Source of the DNA: Iphione sp. A-MEVVRFRX5
Taxonomy: Eukaryota
NCBI GenBank assembly: GCA_976226885.1
Contig: OZ320317.1
Span: 59,644,001 to 59,708,000, forward strand
Direction: 5' to 3'
DNA: 64,000 nt
Made by a program: the position numbers and the translations under genes
Notes under the pieces: model-generated
Seen by the model: only the letters and a program-made list of their open reading frames with translations
Told to the model about the DNA's origin: nothing
Databases searched by the model: none
Shown here: positions 37,287 to 50,100 of the stretch, piece by piece
How positions within the stretch are numbered: position 1 is the stretch's first letter
How the letters are laid out: each line of letters starts with the position of its first letter

Positions 37287-40216
37287 TGCAGTTGCTCCGG
37301 CACTGGGCTGCTGACACGCACGAGGTTCCGCATCTCAGTCAATACTGACGATGCCCCGCTGTGGTCTTCCTACTCGTTGGTGCCCACCTCCCACAATCTA
37401 ACATCCTCCCACCACTCTCCCTTTTCCGCTCGCCAATCAATCGCTCCCTTTGGACTTCTAAGTCGACCACTTCGCGTCGGTTTCACCCTCCCTCTTTTCT
37501 CACCCCAACCCTCTTTGCGTATATCATTATACTCGGACTGCACATTCGCCGAATACATGTAGTTCATTTATTCATTATTTTTGTCGTTATGCTATAAAAG
37601 TGCTGGAAGTATTTCTTCCCAGCCATCTCGTCGGTTTCTTCTCTACTCTAAAGAATCTATGGACCATCCCCCAACCTCTCGTCCCTTGTCCCCTGCCAAC
37701 CGTTGCTAATCAACAAGTCTGGGGCCATTCGCGCATGCTTCCAAACCCGGGTTGCTTCTTCTATCCATCCTCCCTCATCCCTCCACTCCCCCATACATGC
37801 TCCCTTCTTTACCCACTCCCCCCTGATCTTAATGTCCTCAACTCTACTCCCACCTCCATCCCCACAACCACCAGTTTCTTTTCCCATTTCCCTCCTCCTT
37901 TTAATACCCTCGGTCGGGAGGAGAGGGTTAGGACTGCCGGTGGCTACTGTGGTGGGTGGGCGAGTGAGTGAGTGTTCGTGTACGTAGCGGCCGGTAGGGA
38001 GCGTGATGTATGGACGTGGGGGTGGGGGGTGGGGGCCCCCTCACTACGACGTCGACATGTGGCACACGTCGCCGCTGAGACAGGACACTTCCTGAGGGCT
38101 GTTGCTGGTGGCGGGTCAGCGTCCGAGGTGGCCTTTAACAAGGTTTGGTCTTTAAGACACCTAAACACTTGTCTCCCCTGGAGGCCTCAGACGCTCAACA
38201 ACAGCTCTCTCTCACTACCAGACCTTTCCCATTCACTAAGCAGGGGCAAACAGATATGACACTACACTGGGGCTAATTTCAACGAGCGTCAACCATTGCT
38301 CAAAATGGAACGTTGAATATTAGAACAAATATTAACCTACGGAAAACATTTTGGATATATATCTACAAGTATTCTGGCTTTAATTTCCAACAGGTGATAT
38401 GCTCACATGCCCTGGGAAGAATTTTCTTGTAAAGCTGATTTAACTATCGGAAAAGAACGACATGGGCACTGCATCTTTAAGAGGGGTTAATTGTGGCCAC
38501 TTAGATCTCTCGGGTGAGTGCTTAAAGAAAAAAAAGAATACCTTCAGGCATCCACGGTTCGATTCAAACCCAGAGGTAGTAGACTCAAAAGCTTTAGCGC
38601 GGGTAGTAGTAAGCCCAACCTGCGGGCCGGTTGCAGGCTGCTGGAACCTGGCCCACCTAGACTCTCCTCACACGTTTTTATCTGCCTTCCTCCACTTGGC
38701 AGCGGAGCCGAGTAGTGTGCAGCTTGTCTTTCTAATCACGCAATCCGTCCAACGAAAGATTCGGCCGGCATAGCTACGCCACAGCTAAAGGAGAAATGTC
38801 GACATGCTCCTCCAAATGCCCTTATTAAATGGCGTCTACCTCCACAGCTGCTGTAATGTCCCATTACTATGTTCTCATCCCCCCCCCCCACCACACCGCC
38901 TGATGCATAACAACACAAAGTGGTTTCAGTACTCTTTCCTCAGAGCCCTAACGCTGCAATTCAAATCTGAAAAAAAAATCACAGATCGATAAAGCAACTT
39001 AATGGCTTCCTCTGAGACTGTTCATTTTGTCACGGATATAATGTATCAAAAATGTTTGGTTTCTTGGATATTCCACATGCATTCTGACAATGTACGCTAG
39101 TGAAAGACGAGATAGATGGCGTGGAACACGTTCTTCATTGATGCCTTTACACTTACATTATGCACTTCTGGACCAATCTGGTAAATAATGCTGGGATGTC
39201 TCTGAAAGAAATATGACCGCTTCTCCTATCGGCATGGAAATAACCTGTCACCTTTGTTTTTGTCCGCTTATTGACAGACTGATGGACAGATTTTCCAAAA
39301 TGCTCCTTAGAAAAAGACGTTAGGTCAGCAGGATTCGCTTTCTCAAATTTCAATTGTTCCTCCACTTACCCACCCATCCTACCCAACTACCGGTTGACAA
39401 CTGCAAGCATTGTCCAACCATAATCACCTCCCGTTTTCCTGCTCATTGGAATGTGTCACCGTGGTCCGAAAGTGTCAACCGTCTTCCTGCAATCAGAGCT
39501 GATGCAATTTAACAGCATATACTTATCATTTTTCGAACATTCACCTGTCTAAGCTGCGATCCCAGACGTAACCTGAAACTCATAAAATGCATTTTATGCA
39601 CAATACAATTCATGTGTACAAAAGGCAACTGCACGTACTTAGTAAACAATGTCCATTTAAAAAGGGAAGGCACCTGGCCGAGTATACTGACTATTTCAAT
39701 CTATAAAATAAGGTCGCATGACAGACACTCTGCTACAAAGAAATCAATGGCGATTTTAGGAACACTTAAACACCCACACACATAAACGATTAACGGCCAG
39801 CCTTCTAAAGTGAATCGAATAAGGCGGCGACAGCTAAAAACGTTGAGCACGAGAGAGAACCATCCTTTAATCGACATTCGATAGGTACTATTCAGAAGCT
39901 GTCTGCATGTATGCATGCACGCACGTACATATTTGCAGCATGCCGAGTATTTAATGCCACAGCCGAGTCCCCTGAGAATAGGTTTCTTCCTTTACATCCG
40001 ATCAATTAACAGGTATAAGTACATGTTATTGGCAAAAGGTATAACCAAAGACAGTCGTAAAATATTTCTATATGAAACTGATATATTTTTCTAAGCGATT
40101 AATCCTGCGCTCTATAACAGAATATAAGAATTGTTTATTAATGGTTCCCACGCTGCCTTAGGTGTCTGAAAGAATATTATTCCCTGTCTCCGTTTCCGTG
40201 TGTGTCTGTGTGTCTG

Positions 40217-40238
40217 TGAGAGAGACAGAGAGAGAGAA

Positions 40239-40294
<56 letters not shown>
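40217..40294. repeat. (GA)n microsatellite
   Basis: Near-perfect GA run. Confidence 0.95.
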
Positions 40295-40298
<4 letters not shown>

Positions 40299-42157
40299 AC
40301 GTATGCACACACACACGCACAAGCACACGAACACTCTCGCGTGTCTGAAACAATTAAATTCAACCGCGCATTACTATGTCAGTGGAGTAGAGGGGTTCAA
40401 ATGGCCCCTCCTCATATCCTCCAGGTAACCACCGGGGACCACACCCTTCCATGTACTACTAACGGACTAAAGTACGATCTGCCGCATGCTGGGTGCATAA
40501 AGTGCGGTTAACATAGACCTCTATATTCCTAGTCCCTGGTACACTCTATGCACAGTGTAGACCTTTTCCAAACCGTGATCTTGGGAAAGCCGCGGGCCAT
40601 CTATTGGCTGCTTTAGGTCCTCCCTTGGGTGGGTCATGTACTAGGTGGATACGACGCATAGCCCTTTATACATAATTAAAGGTGTTCTCCTGAATATTCT
40701 CAAAGCTATGAAATGTTTGGAGGATGTCGCTACTGACCGATCATTATACATGTAAATGTACTTCAATCTCCCCAACACTTTGTACGATTAATTACAATAT
40801 GCACCCAAAGGTAAGGCTTTAATGACATACATAAATAGAAACGGCTGAAAACCGAGTGCTTTTCAAGATTAGAGAAAAAGACAAGTACATGTATTAACCC
40901 TTTCAGACTGTAAAAATACGGGCCCTAAGATCTTCCTTCGAAAAAGGCAAGCCCCAAAGCAGCTCCACGTACACTGCCATTCAATGTGTGATGAGGGCAT
41001 GTAACGCTATCGGTTGGGTGGGTGTGGGTATCGTGCATTGTGTAATTTTTTGTGCTATCCGGCTCAGAGCGAGGTCAGTCGTGTTGTGGACTGTGATATT
41101 TAAGCTTTTGTGCTCGTGTGCCTAAAATTAGACTGTTGTGCGGTATACATTTCGGCACAGACACTTATCAAACAAAGGGTATGGGTGCAGCAACTCTGCA
41201 TGAGGCGTGAGAAAAGCATAAATGAATGAAAATGTAATTCAGTTCGCTGGATTTCAATCGTATTAAGAGGATACTGGCGGTATGAGAAATTAGGACGTAA
41301 ATATCCACAAGCGGATAGCATGATAAAGGGTAAGGCACACAGCAATAGTATTCGCCTATTTCGAAGAGGGACACGTGAAAAACAAGGAAACAGATGGTTA
41401 GTTTTAACATAACAAATACCATGTTATAACAACAAAAGTAGACTTTGGCCTGTCTTAATTCGGACAATAAATTGTTCAGACTGAGACTACTGAGCAAAAA
41501 CATTTTGCAATGTACGAAACTGACAAACCCTTGCATCGTATACCGACTATGATACGCCTGGCTTAAAGATTCTCTGGCTGGTGGATTCTACTCATCCGTT
41601 AGGGTTATCCAAGAGGCCTGGCCGCTAGGAGGCCTCTCTCGCTCCCTGGCACTGTGTTCGGTTATCACGATTTCCCACCCACCATCTTTGCCTTGCTGCT
41701 AGACACTGGCCATTAACGTCCTGGCATTCCGGTCCGCCCTATCTGGGCGCGCTCAACTAAAACAAACAAAGCTGTCCAAGCGTTGATAAATCTTGCCTGA
41801 GATGCTCAGTCTGCATGCCTTAAATCTAAATCACTCGCTCATTTCGAAACAACACTAGGCTCTAGAATTTGAGGCACACTGAGCCAACAGGATTCGGTTT
41901 TCATGCGCCGATTCACAGTTAGGAAGGAAGTAAACATTGAAAGGACGTGCGAAAGACGATTTGGGGAGTCTGTATTCACTCGATAACAATGCCATTTTGG
42001 AACCTCCTTGTTGATGTCTTCACAACATAATATTTGTATGTGTGCCTCAGCTACGAATGATAGAAGCATCGCTTTCTATGTAGCCAGGACAAAGTGGACA
42101 GATAAAGACGGTTGGACGGACCAAAATGGCCAGCCTTGCGAATAAAATGGCCGACTT

Positions 42158-42161
<4 letters not shown>

Positions 42162-42217
<56 letters not shown>
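42162..42217. repeat. (CT)n microsatellite
   Basis: Uninterrupted CT run. Confidence 0.95.
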
Positions 42218-42222
<5 letters not shown>

Positions 42223-43474
42223 TGTCTCTCTCCCCCTTTCTTTCTCTTTCCATTCCTCATCCTCCTTTTTACACTTATTTCTCTAGACTCATACCCACAC
42301 TGTCTGAGACTCATTTGTCCCAGCTTGGCTGACTAGGCACATCAAGCAAATATATGAAGACTGAACAAGTTGAGCAACTGCCTGCACCAACAAGTTCGCC
42401 ATTAGTTAGGTAGTAGGGAGGTTCGGGGAACTGCCAGCAGGCAGCGCGGGTCTCGTTATCGGGCTGCCCGCTTAAATAGCTGTGACTAATGGACACCACT
42501 AGAGGGTACTGCGTCCCCAGCCCGAGCGGCGGCGTCGGCGTCGGCATCAGCGCCAACGCACATGTACATGACAACGCCGACCACACGCATAGCGCCAGAG
42601 GCAAAGCCCACCCTTCGCTGAGGTGTGCCGACACCAACCTTGGCTATCGGGGGGGGACACGTCTCCATACCAAATCCCACCACCGGAGGCACACATACAC
42701 TTTCCCCAACCCACAAATCATCCGCAGGGGCCACCATAACGTTATTAGGCGATAAATAAACCTGGCTTGACGCACGCAGCAAACTCAGCGTTGATTCGAG
42801 CTTCTATTATGGCCAATTACAATGCGATAATTTCACAAACATTCATATCGTACTATTTGCTAAACGTATGATGAGTATCACTGGATTCGATTGCTTCAAA
42901 TTGATAAGGCGTCTGAAAGATGATGGATAGCTCAACGAAAAAAAAGCTAATGGCACTTCTTTGGGATTCATCCTTTTTTTCTCTTTAAGATGCCAATAAG
43001 AAGACTCTGTCCTCCCTTTGCCTTGTTTCTTAGTTTTTGTCTTTCGTTTCCTCTTCTCGAATGAACTCTATATGGCTTCAAATAAACTGAGTCCCTCTTA
43101 AGTAAGCAAGTTAAAAAGTAAATTACGAATGGCTAGGGCTGCGAGGATAGTGACGGTATGGACGCAAAACAAAATGAATAAACGTGTATATATGTATATA
43201 TATATAATTTTCGAGAAAAGAGCGAGGGAAACGGGACTACAATAACGCGGACTAGGCAACGCTGCTCTCTAGTTATTCAAAAAATGATGGTACATGTACA
43301 TTTCAATGTACAGAGTACGGATCACTGATGCGTACGATAAGAGAACGTATGATCAAAATCAAACAGAGTCGGCTAATCATATTTGCAGAACATCTGCTTG
43401 CCGACTACAGGTAAAGCGCGAGTTTAGAACTGCTGTAAATATCTATATGCGGCAACATATTAGAGTGGACTTAC

Positions 43475-43671
43475 TTTTGCTGACTTGGCACGGGGGCGTC
43501 GATTCCTACTCGAGACCAGCGCCTGGGCGCCTGCTCTGGCGCCTCTTGTGACGCTCGACGTGGCGCGCGATGCGGTGCTTGGTGTGGCGCGTGCGGTGGC
43601 GTCGGTCTGTCTGCCACTCGCTCCGGCAGAGTATGGACTGCGAGGATGGTAGCCAATCCCATGGTTGCCAT
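43475..43671 (-). CDS. Candidate first coding exon of a minus-strand gene, with APxx tetrapeptide repeat; downstream exons not identified
   Basis: ATG at 43671 follows a GC-box-rich leader. Encodes MATMGLATILAVHTLPERVADRPTPPH-APHQ-APHR-APRR-ASQE-APEQ-APRR-WSRVGIDAPVPSQQ and ends at a consensus AA|gtaagt donor (phase 2). The 12-nt repeat units vary mainly at the third positions of the Ala/Pro codons. Confidence 0.5.
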
Positions 43672-43770
43672 GAGGTGATCAGCGAGTCAGGGGAACGCAG
43701 GAGGGTGGGTAAGGGGCGGGCGGAATGAAGGGCAGGCGGGCGGGCGAGTGGGTCGGCGGGCGAAGCGGGT
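43672..43770 (-). promoter_or_regulatory. GC-box-rich promoter-like leader upstream of the candidate first exon
   Basis: Several GGGCGG/CCGCCC boxes and no AG acceptor in the pyrimidine-rich tract. A CATGGCAAC X-box half-site overlaps the ATG. Confidence 0.4.
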
Positions 43771-44501
43771 AGCCGTGAGAGAGTCTGACAGTAATACATG
43801 TATTTAGGCAAGCTTCTCGGTGGAAGGACACCAGAACCGTACAACTGATCACACAATTGGCACTCTCTGAGCTTACAGAATCACCGATCGTGTCGCCTGT
43901 AAAACGTTCTGAAAAGCCTTGAGCTCTTCTACTGGCCGTGCTAGGAACATGAACGTAAAGCTTTGAGAAAGGCGCCCTCCCAAATAAACCGTCGTTTTCA
44001 AGCTGCGTGCTTCAAATTACCAGCAAAATGTCGATCTCAAATACTATCAGCACATTGAAGCAGAATTACGTCTCTCTGAAAGTCTTGTAGATGGACCTTG
44101 TGCGTGTCCCCTCTATTTGAATAAACAGACGGCAGGGTACTTCTCATTGAACTGAATAGGGCGTAAAGAGCAGCTCCTTGTGTCGGTTTACCGTTCGTAC
44201 GGAACAACTCAGTCGTTTGCAATACATATGTTGGTGGCAACTTCGTGAGCTGATCAAGTGGTTGGGCGTTGAGTCTCGATTTCGGCAATGATGGGACTAC
44301 TGCAGGCCGGCTGGAGCTTCCTGTTGTTAGAGAGGCCTGTGGAATTGTCGCCGGTTTTCCTGCCAGTATCTGCACAACTGATGGACGTCGTCAGCTTGGG
44401 TCCTTTCTTAAAACACTGGAGTCTTAGACTGTTCGCCACGCAGAGTCTCTCTTGGATACTAGGACCCAGCAAAGAACTACTCCCTACGTAGAAGTAGACA
44501 G

Positions 44502-44503
<2 letters not shown>

Positions 44504-44538
<35 letters not shown>

Positions 44539-44571
44539 CACTCTCCCTCCCTCCTCTCTCTCCCTCTCTCT
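44504..44571. repeat. Imperfect (CT)n microsatellite
   Basis: CT run with C-rich interruptions. Confidence 0.9.
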
Positions 44572-45051
44572 CTAGCCTACATTTCTGCACGCTATCCCTT
44601 GCACAACCCTGGATGGGCCGGGCGTTTTCAGCAGCGGCGGCAGCGGCGGCGGCGGCACCAGTTGAGCTTGAATGGTTAGCAGACTCCACGGAAACTATGC
44701 TAGGAATCCGGCGACCGGTATGTGGATGCAAGCACACAGACTTGGGTTGTTTGCTGTGGCGCCGCTCGTACTTGAATACTTGTCCCGTCGACGGTGATCT
44801 GTAGCCCTCGGAGCTGCGTCGCCTCCACTCGGCTGCTAGGCTTCCTCTCCCACTGGTGATCGTCGCTGGGCACCGTCGCCGCCGTCGTGGCAGGGTTAGC
44901 AGTGCGGGCGGAAGCTGGTAGCGCGCGCTTGCCCCTCTCGCAGCTCCGTCGACGTCAGCGGCCCAACTGCTACTGAAGCGGAGGCGCGGTGCCGGGGGTC
45001 TTATGAGGGCGATGGTGCTGCCTCCTGCCAGTGGCGCCGCTATGGCCGGTC

Positions 45052-45169
45052 CAGCTGCAGCTGCTGCTACTACTGCTGCTGCTACTGACGCGTTGGTCGG
45101 TGGTGAAGGTGGCGGTGGCGTTGGTGCTACTGCCAGTAAGGCCTGCTGCTGCTGCTGCTGCTGCTGCTA
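45052..45169. repeat. (CTG/CAG)n trinucleotide tracts
   Basis: Perfect (CTG)8 at 45143-45166 and an imperfect CTG/CTA tract at about 45052-45086. Confidence 0.9.
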
Positions 45170-45236
45170 CCACACTGCCGTTATCCACTACAAGCATGGC
45201 TGGCTGCCAGGCCGGTGCCAGAAGCAGCAGAGGGCC

Positions 45237-45390
45237 AACTGAAACTGCATGTTGATTATGTGGCGGCCAGTAGAGAGTGGATGTATTAGCGCGAGCTATT
45301 GCCAACGACGTCAGGATCGGCCGCACCCCCCTCCCCGGTCCGTTTCTCCCACGCACCCACCCGCCCCTTTTGTCCCGCCCGCCCCTGGTC
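45237..45390 (-). promoter_or_regulatory. Promoter-like region (GC boxes, CRE-like site, Inr-like TCAGTT)
   Basis: On the minus strand: GGGCGG boxes, TGACGTC at 45307-45313 and TCAGTT at 45237-45242, just upstream of the CAG-repeat leader. Confidence 0.35.
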
Positions 45391-46910
45391 CCTGCAAGTT
45401 TGTTAAAGTGGCCTTGGTTGGGATTTAAGTGTATGCTGTGACAACACGTGCTGAATAGTAACTCGAAACAATCTCTTGACTCTTTCGCATTCGTCGTTCT
45501 TCACTCGGACATCTCTCATTTCGCACGTGTTATACATGCACTTAACTGTAAAAAGATTTGGGCAGTGAGTGCAGCCGCCATCTTAGACCATCCTACCAGG
45601 GAGTATATTCCAGTCTTCAAGGTAGCCAGGCTTGTGAGGCTCTCCACGTAGACCGGCCTGTTACATGTTCGTCAACTGACATGTGACGTGTTCCGCGGAG
45701 CGTGTGACCCACTCCTGCAGCAGCCTTGGCCCCGGAGAGCGGCATTCCCATCGGGCGGGAGGCATCATCCCCTGGAAGCCTAGCCTGCCTGTAGAGTCAG
45801 CTCTCTTACTCAGTGGCTCGATTTTAAAGCAGTGTGTACTGGGGGTTTGCTCGAAGATCTTTGTATGGCTGTTTATATAGTTGGGGGTTAAAAAAAGAAG
45901 TGAGACCTGGGACTAGGAGGTGACTGAGAGGATAAACAGACGTGTACGAGGGGGGGGGGGAGTCCGGCTGAGTCAGGAAGCTTCCAGGCCGGTTTCCTCA
46001 TGGACAAACACACTCGGCGGTAAGGTGGCACACCTGCCCAGCCTGCCACTCCCATGGTAAGGCCAGCATAGCTACCTTCTGCCTAACAACGATGAGGGGC
46101 ACTCAAACTCCACGCCTGCCAACTACCCCCCGCCCCTCCAGCCTGATAAGGCCGGCATCACGAGGCTAAGAGGACAAAGAGAGATCGGTGGGTCCTGTGT
46201 AGTACGAAACTTCTAATCCCCTCCCTACGTCAACGCCAAAAAAAAACTGAACTCGAGCCTGCTAATATTTCTTTTTAAAGACTGTGTACATGTAGTTCTC
46301 ATTCGACGTTCACATGGTTTCATACAGAAATCAATTTGCCACGTTTTATTATCACCCAGGAGCCAACGTTTGCACCAAAGGTTAGAGAAACATGGTCAAT
46401 GGGCACGGTTCAACAATCTATGACATTTCCAAGGCTACCAAAACTGCAAACATGTTGCCCTCCATTGTGCCTCGATGCCTGTAAAGTCAGCTTAGTTAAC
46501 AATAATCCGACCGGATGCAGGTGGCGCCTCAAGTGGGTGGGGCAGAGAATTGCGGAGGGATTCTGAGGTGCGCTGGGGGTCAAGGGGTTAAGGGCGGCCT
46601 ACTTGCGGCGCCCTTGGGCAGCGCCTTCTGGTTGTTCATAGTGTCCTTTCCGAGCTTTCCGCTGGTATCAGTTCCTGACGCAGCCAATGGTGGCCCAGTC
46701 CTAGTTGTGCCCCAATCTATGGCACCGTGGCAGTTCCACACATCATCTTAAATAGTTATCTTTTACGGTCCTCATTTGTCCCAGTAAACAACTTTACCAC
46801 CAAAATCAACGGGCGGCCATGAGATTCAGGAGGCACCTCCTAACACTTTGGTTACACTGGGGACAGATCAATATAATGAATGAAAAATATATTTATATGC
46901 TTCCAACTTA

Positions 46911-47127
46911 GGCCCTGTTCACATACAACTGGACAAAAAATCCGTCCCTGTACATGGGTGTGGACAAACCCCCTGCAGAGGAGGCTGTAAATTGCTTCCA
47001 TATGTGTAGCAGATATCTCTGCTTTCTATGGGGATCTGTGTCCGGGTCTGGGTTTTTTTCCATGTTCCAAAATTCCGCACCTGTGTGCAGACGCAGAACA
47101 GAAAAATCCCGTTATGTGAAAAACCCC
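46911..47127. mobile_element. Probable PIF/Harbinger-type MITE
   Basis: TTA on both flanks. Imperfect TIR: GGCCCTGTTCACATA vs reverse-complemented right end GGGGTTTTTCACATA (11/15). Confidence 0.45.
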
Positions 47128-50100
47128 TTACATATATCTGATGTTGTATACGTAACAAAGATAGTGTAGAACCCTGGTGCAAAGACACAAACTCTGTAAT
47201 GGGGTGTTCCCTGTCCTTGAATACAGCCTACACACCTTAGACCCTGTTCTGACTCTGGACTAAAGAAAGTAGTTCCATGTGTTAGAGTCAAGCAATCCTC
47301 CTACTGATGGAAATCAAGTGATACTAATTGATTGTAGGGTCGAATGGAAAACAATATATATGGCATATTTTTATGTACTGACTTAAAAGCAAAGAATGTT
47401 CGTTTCTACATAAAGGTACTTAATACAAAAATGTACATGTGAACCAAGCAAAATACATGAAACTCAAACAGTACTTAGAAGATTGGACCCGCCGTGAACA
47501 CTCCAGACGTAGTTCAAGAAGGCACGTTTCAGTGACCAAGTAAAACATCTACATGAAAGATTTTGTTTGTATTTGTATTGCTTTAAGGTCTTGCATGAAG
47601 GATTTGAATGAAGGTCTTGCTTCAAGCTGAAAGTCCACACACCAGCATGAATAACACATAAAATGTAAGAAAATGGCAGAATCTTGCAGATACAGTGTAT
47701 ATGCAAATATGGGGAAATGTGCACAAATATTTGGAATTCCATGTACATTTACCTTTTCCCATTACCATTCCCCATACTCTACATACTACATGCATGGTGA
47801 CATGATTTTATTTTTCATCATGCTCAAACATGCTACACACTACAAAAGAACATGGAAATCAAGACTCACAGTAGAAATAAAGTTTATCCTTGAATCATGA
47901 TGCAAAATACAATACATTGGTCCTTTGCCAAATGTCCGTCAAACAATTTTCAAGTATTTCTGATCAAACGTTATATAAGCACAGCCCAATTTGGACTGTG
48001 TCACAGTTACATAGGCCCAGATGAAGAGGAAATGTGTACAACACAGTCTCTGGGTACGTTTTATGATCTTTTAAATGAACATTTCTAACAATGCCAAACC
48101 ATTTCCATAGACCTGCATGACTATTCCACTTTCTCGGTCTCATGACATTACACGAACATTCGGTGAGAGCTTGTGCTACTACAGGGAAGATTATTCACTG
48201 TCATTGCCTATGCGGGTTATGTATTTTTTTCGATCGAAGCAGACGGCTCATTGATATTGCTTTTATTCACAAACAAACCGATGCTGTTACCGAGCGCATC
48301 GAAATGGATTCGTGTACACGCACTATGCGAGCGTTGTACCAGAGTTCCAGAGATGTCCAATGATCCCCTATTTCGTTTATGATATATTAAGTTCCGACCA
48401 ATAGTTTCAACTAATGAATGTGATTATTTTGGCATGTGATATATGCTTGAACCAATGATAGTCCTAGCATGAACAATGGCCTATTGGCTTAACGAGCCTC
48501 TGTTTGCCACATTACGCCATATGCTCAATAAGTTTACGCATTTTGATAAGTTTGTAGATGTAGATGTAGTTTGCAAACCTGAACGATCACAATACACACA
48601 CATATCTAGCTTTCATGTATATACATGTATATATATCGCACACTGTGTTTGACCTGCATCAATTTTACGTATCTAACCACTGCAATGACTTGCTGAACAT
48701 TCATGGTGTTTACTCAGTGTCATTTCATGACAAACACAGAGATGCGCTGTGCCACAGACATGGCTTGATCGGTCTGCATAGATCTCTGGACTTCGCAGAC
48801 TTGTCAATACCAAAAAGAATGTAAATGATAGGGACTCCGACCTAAAAATAATCTTTTACTGATACTGTCATTATTTTCCAGGAAACATGCACCACTATTG
48901 GTTTCCTAAAAAGTGGGCTATATGCAAGCGACCAATCCGTTATTCCACGAAACTACTACAGCACTGCTACTGCGACCCAGCCACTGCTGTCTCCATATGT
49001 ATTGGCAAAATGGATCGGAAACTATATTCATTTCAAATGGGACACCACTTGGGTCATGCTGGCAGTAATAGGTGGGTTCCATATTGACCCGTTTGAACAA
49101 GTGTCGATGTTAATGCCTTTTTGCCTTTTTTAGTGCAGGGAGGGCACCGGCTGCTACGTTTGACGACCTACCTGCATCATGGTAGAAGGCGCCAGGTGAG
49201 AGATGCAGACTCATGATTAGGAGGAACGACTCTGACAACCATCCGGTACCAGACACGCCCTCCCCCCACCCGACAACACCCCGTAATGCCAGGTCTCCTC
49301 CAGCGGCGCAGCACAAGCGGGCAGCAGCTGGGACCTCCAGCCCCTGCTGCCCCTATGTTCCCACACACTTACGCACACACACCAACTCGCACGAAACCTT
49401 GAGGCACTCTCACCGGCTCAACTTGCCGCAACACTGGAACAATACCCAGTAGACACTTATGCCTATTATAGATTCATGGCGTAGTTTACGGATCCACACG
49501 CTTCGCCAAAAATAACTACGTGTGTGCGTGCGTGCGTGCGTGTGTGTACACATGTACACTCAAGCATAAAAAAACATGCCTACACTGTGTATGATGTATC
49601 CATGTCCACAGGTTCACAAAAGGCTGCTGTAAAGAGTTTTACTTCGCAATTCGCCGTTGTAATGATGTTTTCCGTATCACTATTCATTTTCACGCGTGGA
49701 ACCTGCCCCATAACAGCATATGTTCTCCTTACACTGAAACTACGAATTTCATGATTGAAATAGGCAATATGTTCACGCTTTGTAATTTTACTTTACTTCC
49801 CCGGAACGGAAGCAGGCCTTGCTTTATAACTTCTTCCACGGTGAGGTTTTCTAAAGGTGGTGGACAGAGGCATTAGTCAACAGAACGAGAGCCGCCAAGT
49901 TGGAGACTGAGGTGGGTGCCAGCGTGGGAGTCAGCCGCTGCAGGCTGCCGACATCGGCATTAAAGGGAGCGGGGGCTCTCCCGCCATGGATCGTGTTTAA
50001 CAGACTTTCATTATTAATCTCCGTCCGACCGTATGGTGGACCCTGCCCCAGCATGTCGGCAGACGCTGTCGATGTCCGAGCGGGCCACTCCCACTGGATG

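Noticed and set aside
42670-42760. LSPNNVMVAPADDLWVGESVCVP resembling the C-terminal half of a LysM motif
   Set aside because: Poor acceptor, no N-terminal half of the motif, low-complexity flanks; likely coincidence.
48882-49071. Plus-strand 190-nt exon-like segment open in two frames
   Set aside because: No domain match and no chain of phase-compatible exons.
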